This document shows positions 52,700 through 64,000 of a stretch of 64,000 nucleotides of DNA, piece by piece. Origin of the DNA: Hormiphora californensis (lineage: Eukaryota > Animalia > Ctenophora); contig CM035360.1 of assembly GCA_020137815.1 (NCBI GenBank), positions 4,464,001-4,528,000 of the forward strand, in the 5' to 3' direction. The notes beneath the pieces are model-generated. The model worked only from the letters and a program-made list of their open reading frames with translations, did not search any database and was not told the origin of the DNA. The translations under genes and the position numbers were made by a program. Within the stretch, counting starts at the first letter, position 1, and each line of letters begins with the position of its first letter.

Positions 52700-55600
52700 T
52701 CAACTGTTTTCCGTTTCCTGGAATTTACACCGGGGACACCGATAGAAGATAGTCTGACCCTCGTCCGCTCCCCTGAGTTGTCGGGTCGTGTAGGACATGC
52801 CCTCGTGGGCACACTTTGGACACTTTCGGTCCGTCATTGGTCCCTGATCAGTCGTGTCCTCGGTATCGTCCTGGGGGCAGGGTAGGGGAGATGTTAAAGT
52901 TGAAATGGGTGAATTGGCATTTGGCAATGAATTGGATATATACTAAGTATGTATACTATGTATTATACCAAAACTAATTGAAATTAGTGGGCCGGAAAGG
53001 TTGCCCTACTATTTGAGCTACCTTTGCCACCTTAACATTCACAGGGTACAGATAGGGTACAGAAGATTCGCCTTTATTCACAAGGGAATGTACTGGTGCC
53101 AAAGGTAGCTCAAATAGTAGGGAAACCTTTCCGGCCCACTAATTTCAATTAGTTTTGGTATAATATGCATCATTTTTGGGATTTTTTATCCATGTAGGGT
53201 TAGTAGAGAGGTTAGAATCGCAAAATTGCGAAATTGTCATTTTTGACGTCATTTTGACGTCATAATGATGACGTAATATCATCGGGATTACCTAGATGAA
53301 GATACTGACCAAGTTTGAGATTGATTGGATGAGATTTGAGTCCGCTATGGCGAAAAAACCCATATCGTCATATATCTATTTTTAGACAGTCATTAACATT
53401 TGTGCTGTTGCATAAAAAATAATAGTATGAACAATACAAACAGTCATAACACATTGTCTTTAGACGCGTTTTAAGACCCTTATACATCTAGTTCTGAAAA
53501 TTCGCAATATAGTTTCTGAAATTTCAGACAATTCTTATTGCTTCCTGTGCGTTGTTAAAACAAGCAACACCGTTAAAATGACAAAACGTGCAGTGTTGGT
53601 GCAGCAGGGCAAGTTATTAGCTAGAACGTGATATTACCTAGAACGTGATATTACCTAGCACGTGATATTACTTAGTAAGTGATTGGTAGCCCCTGTACGA
53701 GTGCGGATCGGTAGAGACCGGCCTTTTTTGGACCGAATTGCCATGCACTATTGCCATGCACTATTACCATGCACAGTTTCAACAGGTCTCTCCTCACTTT
53801 ATTCTATCATATTATGTCGAGCAGGCAATTCTAGCATAGCAATTCCTTACTATTTCCCTTCCTAGGGATATTATAGCAGGGGGGCCGGGGCTGCTGATGC
53901 AGTTGAGCTGACTTTTGTTTGTAGCATGTCTATGGTAATTCTGCTTGATTTGTGATTCATTTAACATGCTGTCTCCTAACATCTTCTTCAAATTTTCTAA
54001 AACTGACCTTCTATTCAGTACAGCTAGTTTTTTTACGGTTCAGACCTCGGGCGAGCGACGAAAATGACATTTACTCGTTTCGTGTACCGGGTAAGTTACT
54101 ACAAACCATTCACACACATACCCCAAGGAATAAAGTTAATCCATATAACTCTATGACACCCCTTGAGGAATGATTTTATTTACTGTGGTTCCGTTTCAGC
54201 ACCGAACTTGTCTCCTGTTTGCCTCAACCATCTTTCTCCTTGGACTGTCGAGGTGGTGGTTTAATGATAATATCTCAGCTTCCGTTGCTATAGCATCCAA
54301 CCAGAACATCAACTTGATAAATGAATCTAAAACCCCTGCAGTTCTGTCGACTCAGGAATCCCAAGTAGAAGAGCAGGAAGAACAAGACACAAAACGTGAA
54401 GTGCTTCTTGCCACCCCTCCCTGTTGATAAACCCCCTTCGGATGCCATCGGAAGAAAGGTTCTGGAAATTCAATCAAAAGACGTGTTGGAAGGCCTACCT
54501 GACCACTATCTGCCAGACTACAAAACCTTCTGCTGGTACGACGCAAACGCCCAGTTCAGCTGTCTCCCCTCTGTCTACGTCATCGGTCTGCCAAAGTGCG
54601 CTACAACAGACCTCTCACGCAAGCTCGTACTACACCCGGAGGTTGAGTTCGACCGACACGAGAAGGAGTACCACTACTGGACACGACGTCGTCTTGCCCG
54701 ACCGACGAGTCTATGGGCACGGAAAAAAGCGGGCAAGGAGGATTTTATGGACTACGTTAAGGGTTTGGATGCCAGTAGAATTAGGGAGCGGAGGAATATT
54801 GTGTGGGTGGATGGAACACCGTCAACTTCGTTCGAATTGTTTGACATCGTCCCAAATATCAACTACACCAACGCGGATTTGCTATACGCGGTGGTCCCCT
54901 CCGCCAAGATTATCATGAGTCTCCGAGATCCCGTTGACCGGGCCTACTCTGGGTTCCGCTACTTTAATACACACGCACCCCCGAAAAGGACACCCGAAAA
55001 CTTCCACACCGAGGTGGAGGAATCGATTCGTCAGTGGGAAAAATGTATAAAACACGGAGTGATCTGAAAGATTGCTGCTATCGGCCGGATCAACGGGATT
55101 TAGCTTGACGATCTTTTTGACGTCGGTATCTACGGTTGCTACGTTGAACCGTGGTCCACACTGTACAGGGACAACTTTTATCTTCTCAACTTTGAGTACT
55201 ATTCAAGGGACCGAGCTAAAAGTCTAGCGGAAATTTTTGAGTTATGGCGTATCACGGTTACCACAAGGGGAGATGAAGGGTGGTTCGCAAAATAACATTG
55301 AAAACCATCAAAAATCGCACCCACAAATGCTAGAGAAAACTCGAGATCTGCTAAAGAAGTTTTACAGTCCGTTCAATGCAATGCTAGTGAAAGTAACGGG
55401 AAGAGACGAATTTTTCTTCTAAAAAATGGCTACGCCAGTCACCCTGTGCACCTACACACGCTTGACACTGCACAGTGCACACACGTTAGTACAGACTACG
55501 GTCGCTTGTAGTGGGAAAACGGTAATGGAAAACTGAGATACAGTAACAGTGGGGGGGGGGGGGGTCCAGCCCTAAAAAAAGCTAAAGGTACCCTGATTTT

Positions 55601-57345
55601 GGTCGATAGCGTTTTTTATTTTAGCTTTTTTTAGCTTTTTTTAGCCCTACTTTTATGTTTTTTCAGCATTCATCTGACACTTTTCCATTAAATTTTCATC
55701 CTTCCGGACGTCTATTGACTGCATTTGTTCATTTCCTGCACATTTTATCCATAATCTACCGTTTATGTCCATACATAGCAATTTCTGTATCCACCCATAC
55801 TGCCATTTTCTGGAGAATTTTTTCGATAAAAATATTATTCAAATTTGATAAAAATAGTTTTAAAAAGTTCAAAAAACGTTATAAAACGTTATAATAAAAG
55901 TTTAAAAAATTTGGTGTCAGCGGGATTCGAACCTATATGAATCCACCCCTATAAAACTCAATTTTAGCTTTTTTTAGCTTTTTTAGCCTTAAAAAGCTAA
56001 AAAAAGCTAAATAAAGCTAAAAAAAGCTAAAAAAAGCTAAAAAAAAGCTAAAAAAAAGCTAAAAAAAGCTAAAAAAAAAGTTAAAAAAAGCTAAAAAAAG
56101 CTAAAGGTACCCTGATTTTGGCCGTTAGCTTAGCTTTTTTAGGGCTGGACCCCCCCCCCCCCCAACAGTGCTGCTTGCAGTCAAAATACGGTAACGCAAA
56201 ATACAGTAAGGAGACGCGCACGGTACATAACGCGCGGCAAAAAGTTCATGTGTCAGCACGTACTAGCGCCCTGATTGGTCACGGTTGCGCGTCGTCTTAC
56301 TGTATCTTCGTTTTCCATTACCGTTTTCCCACTACAAGCGACCGTGTAAGACGATGCGCAACCGTGGCCAATCAGAGCGCTAGTATGTGCTGAACACATG
56401 CACTTTTTACCGCGCGTTATGCAACGTGCGCGTCTCATTACTGTATTTCTATTACGGTAATACGACTACAAGCAGCACTGTAACGCTTTTCGTCAGTACA
56501 CGACTAAAAAGTAGTTCTTCCTTTGTTAGTGACTGGCTCTCCGACACTGGTCGTGATCGAGCTCTCTACCGCGCCTTCACGGGATACTACTGCAGAATAC
56601 ATCTAGTACAGACTTCTAGTGTTCAACATGTATTCCGTGTTTGTAAAGTTATTATTACCTTTGTTATCATGCAGAATTTCATTGTACTTTTCTGAGTTTT
56701 GGTTTACAGTTTACATGACAATAAAAGTTTTAGTGTACACAGCAGGTCAGAGGCCTTCCATCTGAAAAATTTAACGCGTATCATCTCTCAGCCACTCTCA
56801 AACAGCTGACGAATGATGGAGGATAGAAATTAGAACGGATGGTGGAGGATTATAGGTAAAATGGTGAAGGATAGGACGAATGGTGGAGGATAGGAAGGAT
56901 GGAACTCAGTTGTGTCTCAGAGCTACAAATCCACCCTTTTTCATTATGGCCATGTCATTACCCACTATCCCCACTAGTTTTGGTACGCTGAATCACCTGA
57001 GCTACTTTTTGAAGTTCTCAGATGCGAAAAAATGGCCGAAAATCGGCCATGAGACAATTTGGCCGACGGGAATGGTATTCCCGTATTCCTCTATTTGGGA
57101 CACCGGGTTAGAAAATAACAAATGGGAATGTTGACAATAAAACAATGCAAAAGAGCTATAACTACCTCGTCTCCAGGAGCCCTGTCCGTTGACCGGGTAT
57201 TGAACACAATGGTCGTCTTGATCTCTCTGTTCAACAGATCCGTATAGGAGTGGGGCAGGGAGCATAACCGACAGATAACCGCGTTCCCAGTTATCTCCAG
57301 GGGCAGGACGCTGTCACATCTTTGACAGAATGGATTTACTGACAT
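52700..57345 (-). CDS. POLR1H: RNA polymerase I subunit RPA12 (116 aa), 2 exons
   Basis: Exons 57345-57166 ([14 protein letters not shown]) and 52870-52700 ([47 protein letters not shown]); phase-0 GT-AG join. Confidence 0.93.
52964..53535 (-). mobile_element. Inverted copy of the 21725-22265 dispersed repeat/MITE
   Basis: Shared palindrome and flank. Confidence 0.8.
54064..55422 (+). CDS. Golgi type II carbohydrate sulfotransferase (CHST15/GalNAc4S-6ST-like), nested antisense in the RPA12 intron; frameshifted as assembled
   Basis: Exon 54064-54090 and exon from 54200; N-terminal TM segment; 5'[20 protein letters not shown], 3'[13 protein letters not shown]-terminal [20 protein letters not shown]; frame breaks near 54415 and 55060-55240. 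Confidence 0.85.
55551..56163. mobile_element. MITE with poly-G termini and internal (AAAAAAGCT)n repeats
   Basis: G(n)TCCAGCCCTAAAAAA...TTTTTTAGGGCTGGAC(n); flanking AACAGT duplicated; contains a tRNA B-box-like fragment at ~55911-55933. Confidence 0.8.
56166..56480. mobile_element. Palindromic MITE
   Basis: CAGTGCTGCTTG(C/T)AGTC...GACTACAAGCAGCACTG with internal symmetry. Confidence 0.75.
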
Positions 57346-57731
57346 GATGCTAGATACAGGAGGAAAGGATTGTAATTAGGTGCGATGGGGGGGGGGGGGG
57401 AAGGCATAATATGTGTCATATATTGTGTCATCTCGAAGTCGATATAAATAGGAAAGAGATTGCTAACGGTGGGAAACTTGGCAATGAACGACAAAGTTTC
57501 AGCAAAAATAGTTCAAAATTGTCCAGCAATAAATCAATTACAAGGTGACAGATAATATAGATCAGTGAAAAATATTCATGTTAAAAAATGAAGCTAAAAT
57601 AATAAGAATCAACAGCATAAATGGGGCCTTGATCTGGATCACTAGGATCAGATTCTCCGATCCCAGTAATCCATTATTCACATCCACAACAACTGTACTG
57701 CACGGGATATGTATGATCGATACAGTAAAAA

Positions 57732-60322
57732 CTAAAGTTCATCCTTCTTCCCGCTGATCCCCTCCATCTTTTTAAAATCAGTAGCACCCAACTCTCTCAA
57801 TTCCTTTCTAAACTCCTCTTTATACGTTTCATCATGTTTCAGGGCTGACTTTTCAAACTCTCTCTCCAGATAAGTTGGGTCACCTCCGTATGAGGTTATT
57901 ATCTTTCCCCGGAGGAACATCTCTAGGGCGGATTCCAGGGGGCCGTGCTGAAGAGAAAAGAGTTTTAGTGGGGGTGCCAATAATAAAGCATGTTTGTTAC
58001 TGGGGGCCTGGGCAGATTGCTCTAAATAATGATAAAAAGTACCAAAAGGTAAAAAACAGGCCGTACTTGACACATACCCCATTGTAATTGTCAGCCTCAT
58101 AATCGAACCCCTCCGCCCGGACAGGACTCTCGCTAAATCCTCTTATCACAGCATCTGCCATGGTCTGGGCCACTTTAACCGCGAAGGTATGGCGGGGTCC
58201 ACCCAACCGGGCGTGGGGTGGTCTGGCAGAGTGGGGGATCTCACAGTGAAATACTGCCATTCGACCATACCTACAGGAGATGACATGGTGCTATTAATGA
58301 TGATGGTCATGACTCTGGGTACCTTCAGGAGACATGGTATTAAATGATGATGGTCATGAATCTGGGTACCTGGACCGGAGTATGTGGAACTATTAAACGA
58401 TTATTAGCTCTTTCTTGTTTTCACTAACTTGTTCATGTGTGAGGTTTGGGGTGTTTTCACTAACTTGTTCGCTAGACCCGATATTATTTCACTAACTTGT
58501 TCATGACAGATCCTATTATTTCCTTCCCATCCTCGTGCCTGTACCACACAGTACCACCCAGATCTCCTGGCTGGTATTCCTTGTTCAGGTAGATCAACAG
58601 CGTGTACTCGTCCCTGCAATGGGAGAATTGTTAGTATCCAGTTGTAACCCAGCGGCGCTTGTCAGCGCTGTGTACTGAAGGGTAGATGGAAACTGTTATT
58701 GCTAAGGTAACCGGGTGTAACCCAGCGGCGCTTGTCAGCGCTGTGGTACAAAATATGTGTAGATGGGGGATTCAACAAAACTAGACAACTTTAAATTTTC
58801 TAACCCTCCTTAACATATTTTGTAAAAAGCCGTGTGATGCGTAGTGAAACAGGGTCAAGCAAGACAAAACTCAACAAATTCAACTGACCTTCCAAAGCAG
58901 TCAGGATGTATTCGGGTGTGATCCCATGCTCGATTTAGATTATTAGAAACATCGTAGGGGTACCAGTGGGATCTGCCAGTTAACTTCTTCATTACCCACG
59001 CCATCCTTCTCCAGATGGGTGTCCTGGCAAGCTGCAGGGTAGAGGTGGGGGGATTAGGGGGGGGGGCAGCTGCAGGTAGGGTAGAGATGGGGTGATTAGG
59101 GGGGGGGGGGCAGCCGTAGGTGAGATGAGGTTTTTGTGGGGGGGGGGGGGCAGCTGCAGGTGAGATGGGGTGATTAGGGGGGAGGCAGCTGCAGGTGAGA
59201 TGGGGTGATTAGGGGGGGGGGGGCAGCTGTAGGTGAGATGGGGTGTTTGTGGGTGGGTGGGGGGAGGTTGGGATGTTTAGGGGGGGGGGGCAGCTGCCAT
59301 GTAGGTGAGATGGGGTGCTTGCGGGTGGGGGGGGGGGGGGGGGGGGTGTCCTTTTATACTCGTACTGTGTATCTTCGAGCACGCAGCCCGGTTCGGAGAG
59401 GGCTATTTAGTTATTCCTGACAATCGTCAAAGTCCATTTCCCAACATACTCCCACCTCACAGTTACCCTACCACCTCCGCAAACCGACCGGGTCCTACCC
59501 ATCGTCCCATCACCCCAACACCCACCCGCTAGCCCTCACCCCACCCTCTCACCCATCACCCCAACACCACTCCCTCACCCCACCCTCTCACCCAAACACC
59601 CACCCCCTCCCTCACCCAAACACCCATCACCCCAACACCCACCCCCTCCCTCACCCCACCCTCTCACCCAAACACCCATCACCCCAACACCCACCCCTCC
59701 CTCACCCCACCCTCTCACCCTCTCACCCCAACACCCACCCCCTCCCTCACCCCACCCTCTCACCCAAACACCCATCACCCAAACTGCACCACTCCCTCAC
59801 CCCACCCTCTCACCCAAACACCCATCACCCCAACACCCACCCCCTCCCTCACCCCACCCTCTCACCCAAACACCCATCACCCTAACTGCACCACTCCCCT
59901 GGTGTACTACCTGGTAGAGTGGTTGTGGTGTCATGAATACTACGTTATCACCTTCATCACCCCACCCCCTACCCATCACCACAACAACCCGCCCTCCCTC
60001 ACCCCACCCCTCCCCACCCGCACCTCCCACCCACCCACGACGTTTTATTACCTGATAGAGTGGTTGTGGTGTCATGAATACTACGTTATCACCTTCATCA
60101 CCCCACCCCCTGCCCATCGCCACAACACCACTCCCGTTACCTGATAGAGTGGTTGTGGTGTCATGAATACTACGTTATCACCTTCATCACCCCACACCCT
60201 CCTCCCTCACCCCACCACCCCAACACCGCCCACCACTCCCGTTACCTGATAGAGTGGTTGTGGTGTCATGAATACTACGTTATCACCCCCATCATCTCCC
60301 TCCTGGTAGATGTAGTCGGAAT
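57732..60322 (-). CDS. ER-resident 2-oxoglutarate/Fe(II)-dependent oxygenase (prolyl-hydroxylase-like), C-terminal KDEL; 5' exons not located
   Basis: Phase-consistent exons 60322-60246, 59031-58889, 58613-58497, 58270-58078, 57947-57732. Motifs DHTRIHPDC (HxD), YTLLIYLN, GGTVWY, GRMAVFHCEIPHSARPP (distal His), PRHTFAVK (2OG-binding Arg), ending KKDEL*. Confidence 0.85.
59030..59345 (-). repeat. G-rich tandem repeat reiterating the acceptor CTGCAG|CT of the oxygenase gene
   Basis: GGGGGCAGCTGCAGGTGAGATGGGGTGATTA units on +. Confidence 0.75.
59500..60290 (-). repeat. C-rich minisatellite plus 4 copies of an exon 3' end and donor
   Basis: TACCTG(A/G)TAGAGTGGTTGTGGTGTCATGAATACTACGTTATCACC at ~59908, 60049, 60138, 60243. 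Confidence 0.9.
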
Positions 60323-60984
60323 CTGGGAAATAATTGATATGAGGGATTTAAATAATCAATTGAGTGGAGGTAGCAAATTTGGGTAAAGTTAGGGGAGTTT
60401 TATCTTGGACATGAATTATGTTTGTTTGTTTGTTAGTGCTGCGATTCGGAGTATAATGCATATATATCTAAGCATATAATACCTATGCGCAGTACATATA
60501 TTACTGTCTCCAGCCCCTAGTATTGTCCCAGAGAAATGCTACGAGATTTATTAACAATAGGATGATGTGTAAAGATAGCGGTTGAAAGAAAAATACTCTA
60601 CTGGGGGGTATTATTCTATCTTATCAAGATTCAAGCGCATAGATATGCTTCTTCTATTGAATATAAAGAAAGATCACGGAGAGAGCACGTGATATATAAC
60701 ATAGAGGAGTATAAATATGCACTAGAAAACCCATCTTAGTATAAGAGCCCCCATTGGGGGGTAAAACAGTCTCACCGGTTATTGACCAAGTCCCATTTTG
60801 GTCCAATATTATATACACCGCCCACCCTAGCCCCACCGGCACAGCTAAACAGTGCACTACAGAATAGAGCCTTGTAAGTGTTTTGGTAGGACATAACCAT
60901 AAAACAGGTTTAGTTAAAATTTTAGAATTTTCCGTTTTTTGGCGGCATATGCCTGACGCTTCTATAGATTGTATCGCAACTTAA

Positions 60985-61583
60985 GGCCAGAGGGGGGTCA
61001 ACCGATTTTTGACCCCCATTTTGGACCATTTTCGGGGTTACCATCATGTGGTAGCGCTTGGCATACCGGACCAGATGAATATGACAGAATCGAACCCCCA
61101 TAATTTTTGAATGAGGGCCTTAATCAAAAATCGCTACACAAATTTCATGCTCCTTGGTCTGTAGAACAAGTGTGCCAAACGACAAGGTCTAGATCCTAGC
61201 CGTTTTCTCAGAAAGTGGTTAACCATGTGCAAAAATGGGGTTTAGAGGGGAGCCATAATGTCGATTTTTCCAGATTCTGTTAACCCCAAATAATTCAAAG
61301 ACTAGTTGGACTTATGGTCTAAAAATTTGTAGAGTGATTCCTCTTGATAAGACGAAGCGTTTGGCACTAAATTGAATGTCCCAAACCCTACCAGTCCTAA
61401 AATAATAGGGTTTACATTGATATCAGGCCAAAAGTTAACCCCATTTTTCTCCCAGACCGTTCGCGCAAAATCGATTCTGTCATATCCATCTGGTCCGGTA
61501 TGCCAAGCGCTATCACATGATGGTAAACCCGAAAATGGTCCAAAATGGGTTCAAAAATCGGTCGACCCCCCCCCCCTCTGGCC
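60985..61583. mobile_element. Kolobok-like MITE
   Basis: TTAA-GGCCAGAGGGGG..ACCGATTTTTGA / TCAAAAATCGGT..CCCCCTCTGGCC-TTAA; ~110-bp TIRs. Confidence 0.8.
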
Positions 61584-62160
61584 TTAAGGGCTATCTTTTG
61601 GAGCCATTTGGAGTTGTGAAAACTCAAAAAATTTTTAGCGACGTTTTAAGAAGTGCAAAACTTCCGTTCAACGGCACCTCGATTTAATGTCGGATATGAC
61701 AGTATAGTACCCAGATATGGGCAAATGTTCAATTGAGATTCTATACAGATTCCTGAGCTAGGATTCGAATCGTCTCACTGGCAAGATAGCACATGGAAGA
61801 AGCCTCTAATTTATTTCTTACTTCAAAATATCGGTTCAGAATCAAAGATTCAGATTCAATTTTTAGGGGAAACACAAGGATTGTTTCTATCCAAAATTTT
61901 GGTTCGAAAAAGTCACAAATATGCCTCAAATATAAATGTAATAGCGTATCGTGCATTACTTAAAATCTTAGAGCGTGAATACATAATAACCATACATTTT
62001 CTATATATAGCAACATAGCCTACTAGAAATTGAATGGTGTGATCATCTTTGTTCAGACGATCGATTTGGAAGGATACTGTATACACTTTCTGTCACCCAG
62101 TAGCAATCCACCTTCCCAGGGTATTGGTTTGAATTGCAGTATCTGATACTACCAGGTACA

Positions 62161-64000
62161 ATGGAAACATGCATCCTAGCACTCCTTCTGGTAGGAGTAA
62201 ACTCCAAGATCCAAGAGACCTCTTCAACCCCTTTTAACGGGTCAACTACTACCCAGATTCACGAGACGGCCGGCCATACCTCTTCAGCCCATACCTCTTC
62301 AGTCCATGTCAAATGGTCTAGTACAGGAACGGTGACTCAAGTGAGTCCGCACTATTCCTCATACTCTTCCCATTCTACTATACGCAGTTATAGGATCGTC
62401 TGTAAAACTGTGACAATCTATGGGTTTCTCAAGCGTTTCTGTGCCGATCTGTATAGAGGAGGGCGATGGGGGGAAGAGGAGACCCTAGACCACATCCCCG
62501 ACCGGCTGACAAGTTCCAAACAGCTAGAGGTATACCGTGTGCTAGACCGTGTGCTACTTTTTCAGTGTGCAACGTCCTCCGAATACTACATATGGGAGAA
62601 TAGTTACTTCCCGAGGCTGGTGGTTTAGAAAGGAGATCCGGATGTCTAATATGTGTCCGGATGATCCTGGAGCTTACCAGGTATGTGGTGTTGTACCAGA
62701 TATAGGGATATACAAAGTGGTCGAGAATTCCCTGGCACTATGCGGAGCCCGTGTCTGTATCGATACGGAGGATATAGAAGAATATGGATACGGTCTATGT
62801 CAGGTTGATGGAACCAGTGAAGCCAGTGAAGCCAGTGAAACCAGTGAAACCAGTGAAGCTTGTGATCAGAAGTGCTCTAAGTATGCTTGCGATGATGAGG
62901 CGATGTGCAATGGAGTGAGCTATGGGATATTCTGTTATTCTTCTAAAAGAGGAAACGATGTCATATATATCAACCCTTACGAGGTTTGTGTTTATACTAT
63001 TGTTTCGAGGTCGTTTAGGCCAGGCACCCGCCATGCAGTGCAAGTGTTCGGTAATATAATTAGCCAAAACTGAAACAAATAATTCTTTAGATGTGCAGCA
63101 AGTACGGTCCTTTTTGTGATAATGGTGAGGATATAAGAGATTGTTTTGTGGAAGAGGGAACACTTGGCTCATGTATCAAATGGGACAAGTGAGTATAATT
63201 AGGGAATACCCAGTCAGTTACCACGCCGTTCATTAATACTGACATTAACAATATGCATAGGGTCAACTTGGGTTGTGTTGAGTCTCCTTGGTGTGGGGAC
63301 CCCTGGGCGTGGTTTAGATTTTGGACTGCCCAACTAGTTTGGGCGGAACGTGACCCGCTAATCCGACTAATCGCAGTGCTTACAACGTGCGTGTCTGCAC
63401 ATACAGAGGGTCGCGTTGTAAGCACTGCGATTAGTGAGTCAAGTTTGAGCGAGACGCAGTACGTGCACCCGGAATAGTGGATTTGGGCGGGTCACGTTCC
63501 GCCCAAACTAGTCGGGCAGTCCAAAATGTAAACCATACCCAGTGGTCCCCACACCAAGGAGACTCAACACAACCCAAGTTGACCCTGTGCACTGACCCTT
63601 TAACAACATATTTTCAGCTATATGAAATCATCCATCATGGTACGCGACGAACAGAGGTGTTCTATACCCCGTACTACTGCATCGTGAGTATCCGTATTGT
63701 GCAGGTCTACCGTATATATTCCCACTACAAGTAGCATTGTAAGTGGTGGTTGTTATTTGTCATCGTCCACGATTAATTAAAAAAAGTGAAAATGCCCAGA
63801 GAGTTATGCTCTACTACCTATATCAAGCTTGTACAGGTCTGGTCCACTCTCACTTTAATACCTATACTGCCTACAGGATTACCATGAATATTGGTTCGAA
63901 CACTTTGTGCTATGAACCTAGGGGCCTCGAGCAAACGAACTGTACCGACTTCACCCGACTGCTAATATTGGGATGTACCCTAGAGGGGTACCCCACTAAC
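62161..64000 (+). CDS. 5' part of a secreted or receptor-like Cys-rich protein (resembles the ectodomain of ctenophore LDLa/LRR GPCRs); runs off the window
   Basis: Signal peptide METCILALLLVGVNS, S/T-rich stalk, CPDDPGAYQVCG, CDDEAMCNGVSYGIFC, next exon from 63091 with FCDNGED; frameshifts present; 7TM region not in window. Confidence 0.55.
63254..63591. mobile_element. Palindromic MITE
   Basis: TGCA(T/C)AGGGTCAACTTGGGTTGTGTTGAGTCTCCTTGGTGTGGGGACC TIRs. Confidence 0.85.

Noticed and set aside
54400-55240. Sulfotransferase pseudogene or programmed frameshifting
   Set aside because: Similar 1-nt shifts occur in CADPS, ZCCHC24 and the Cys-rich gene, often at homopolymers, so consensus error is more likely; cannot be excluded without reads
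55911-55935. tRNA gene
   Set aside because: Only a T-arm/B-box fragment inside a MITE
57732-60322. Coelenterazine-pathway (IPNS-like FYY) enzyme
   Set aside because: Ends in KDEL rather than FYY and has prolyl-hydroxylase-type motifs

Overview
Eukaryotic, repeat-rich, intron-dense genomic DNA, most likely from a cydippid ctenophore. This rests on a short CAGGAACCGACCGA-terminated MITE that I recall from Pleurobrachia sequences and on a ctenophore-type Cys-rich receptor; the taxon is an inference. Genes reconstructed by hand from splice sites: (1) a ~22-kb divergent CAPS/CADPS (UNC-31) gene on + (1406-23692) with a nested antisense 4-TM gene; (2) a divergent TSPO-like gene on -; (3) ZCCHC24, whose first three coding exons lie on + (28901-33173) and last three on - (41477-40635), the 3' half being bracketed by an inverted repeat pair; (4) a 5-exon homeobox gene whose homeodomain carries plant ZF-HD/PLINC-like signatures (EEFA..INW, KVWMNN); (5) RPA12/POLR1H on - with a nested antisense CHST15-like sulfotransferase; (6) a KDEL-ending 2OG-Fe(II) oxygenase on -; (7) the start of a Cys-rich receptor-like gene. 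The window also holds a 5'-truncated LINE, degraded retroelement fragments, a Helentron-like element carrying a two-variant satellite, many MITE/foldback elements and a tRNA-like sequence. A recurring pattern is tandem repeats built from exon-intron junctions. Scattered 1-nt frameshifts in conserved exons suggest consensus indel errors in the assembly. All family assignments come from remembered motifs, not database searches.
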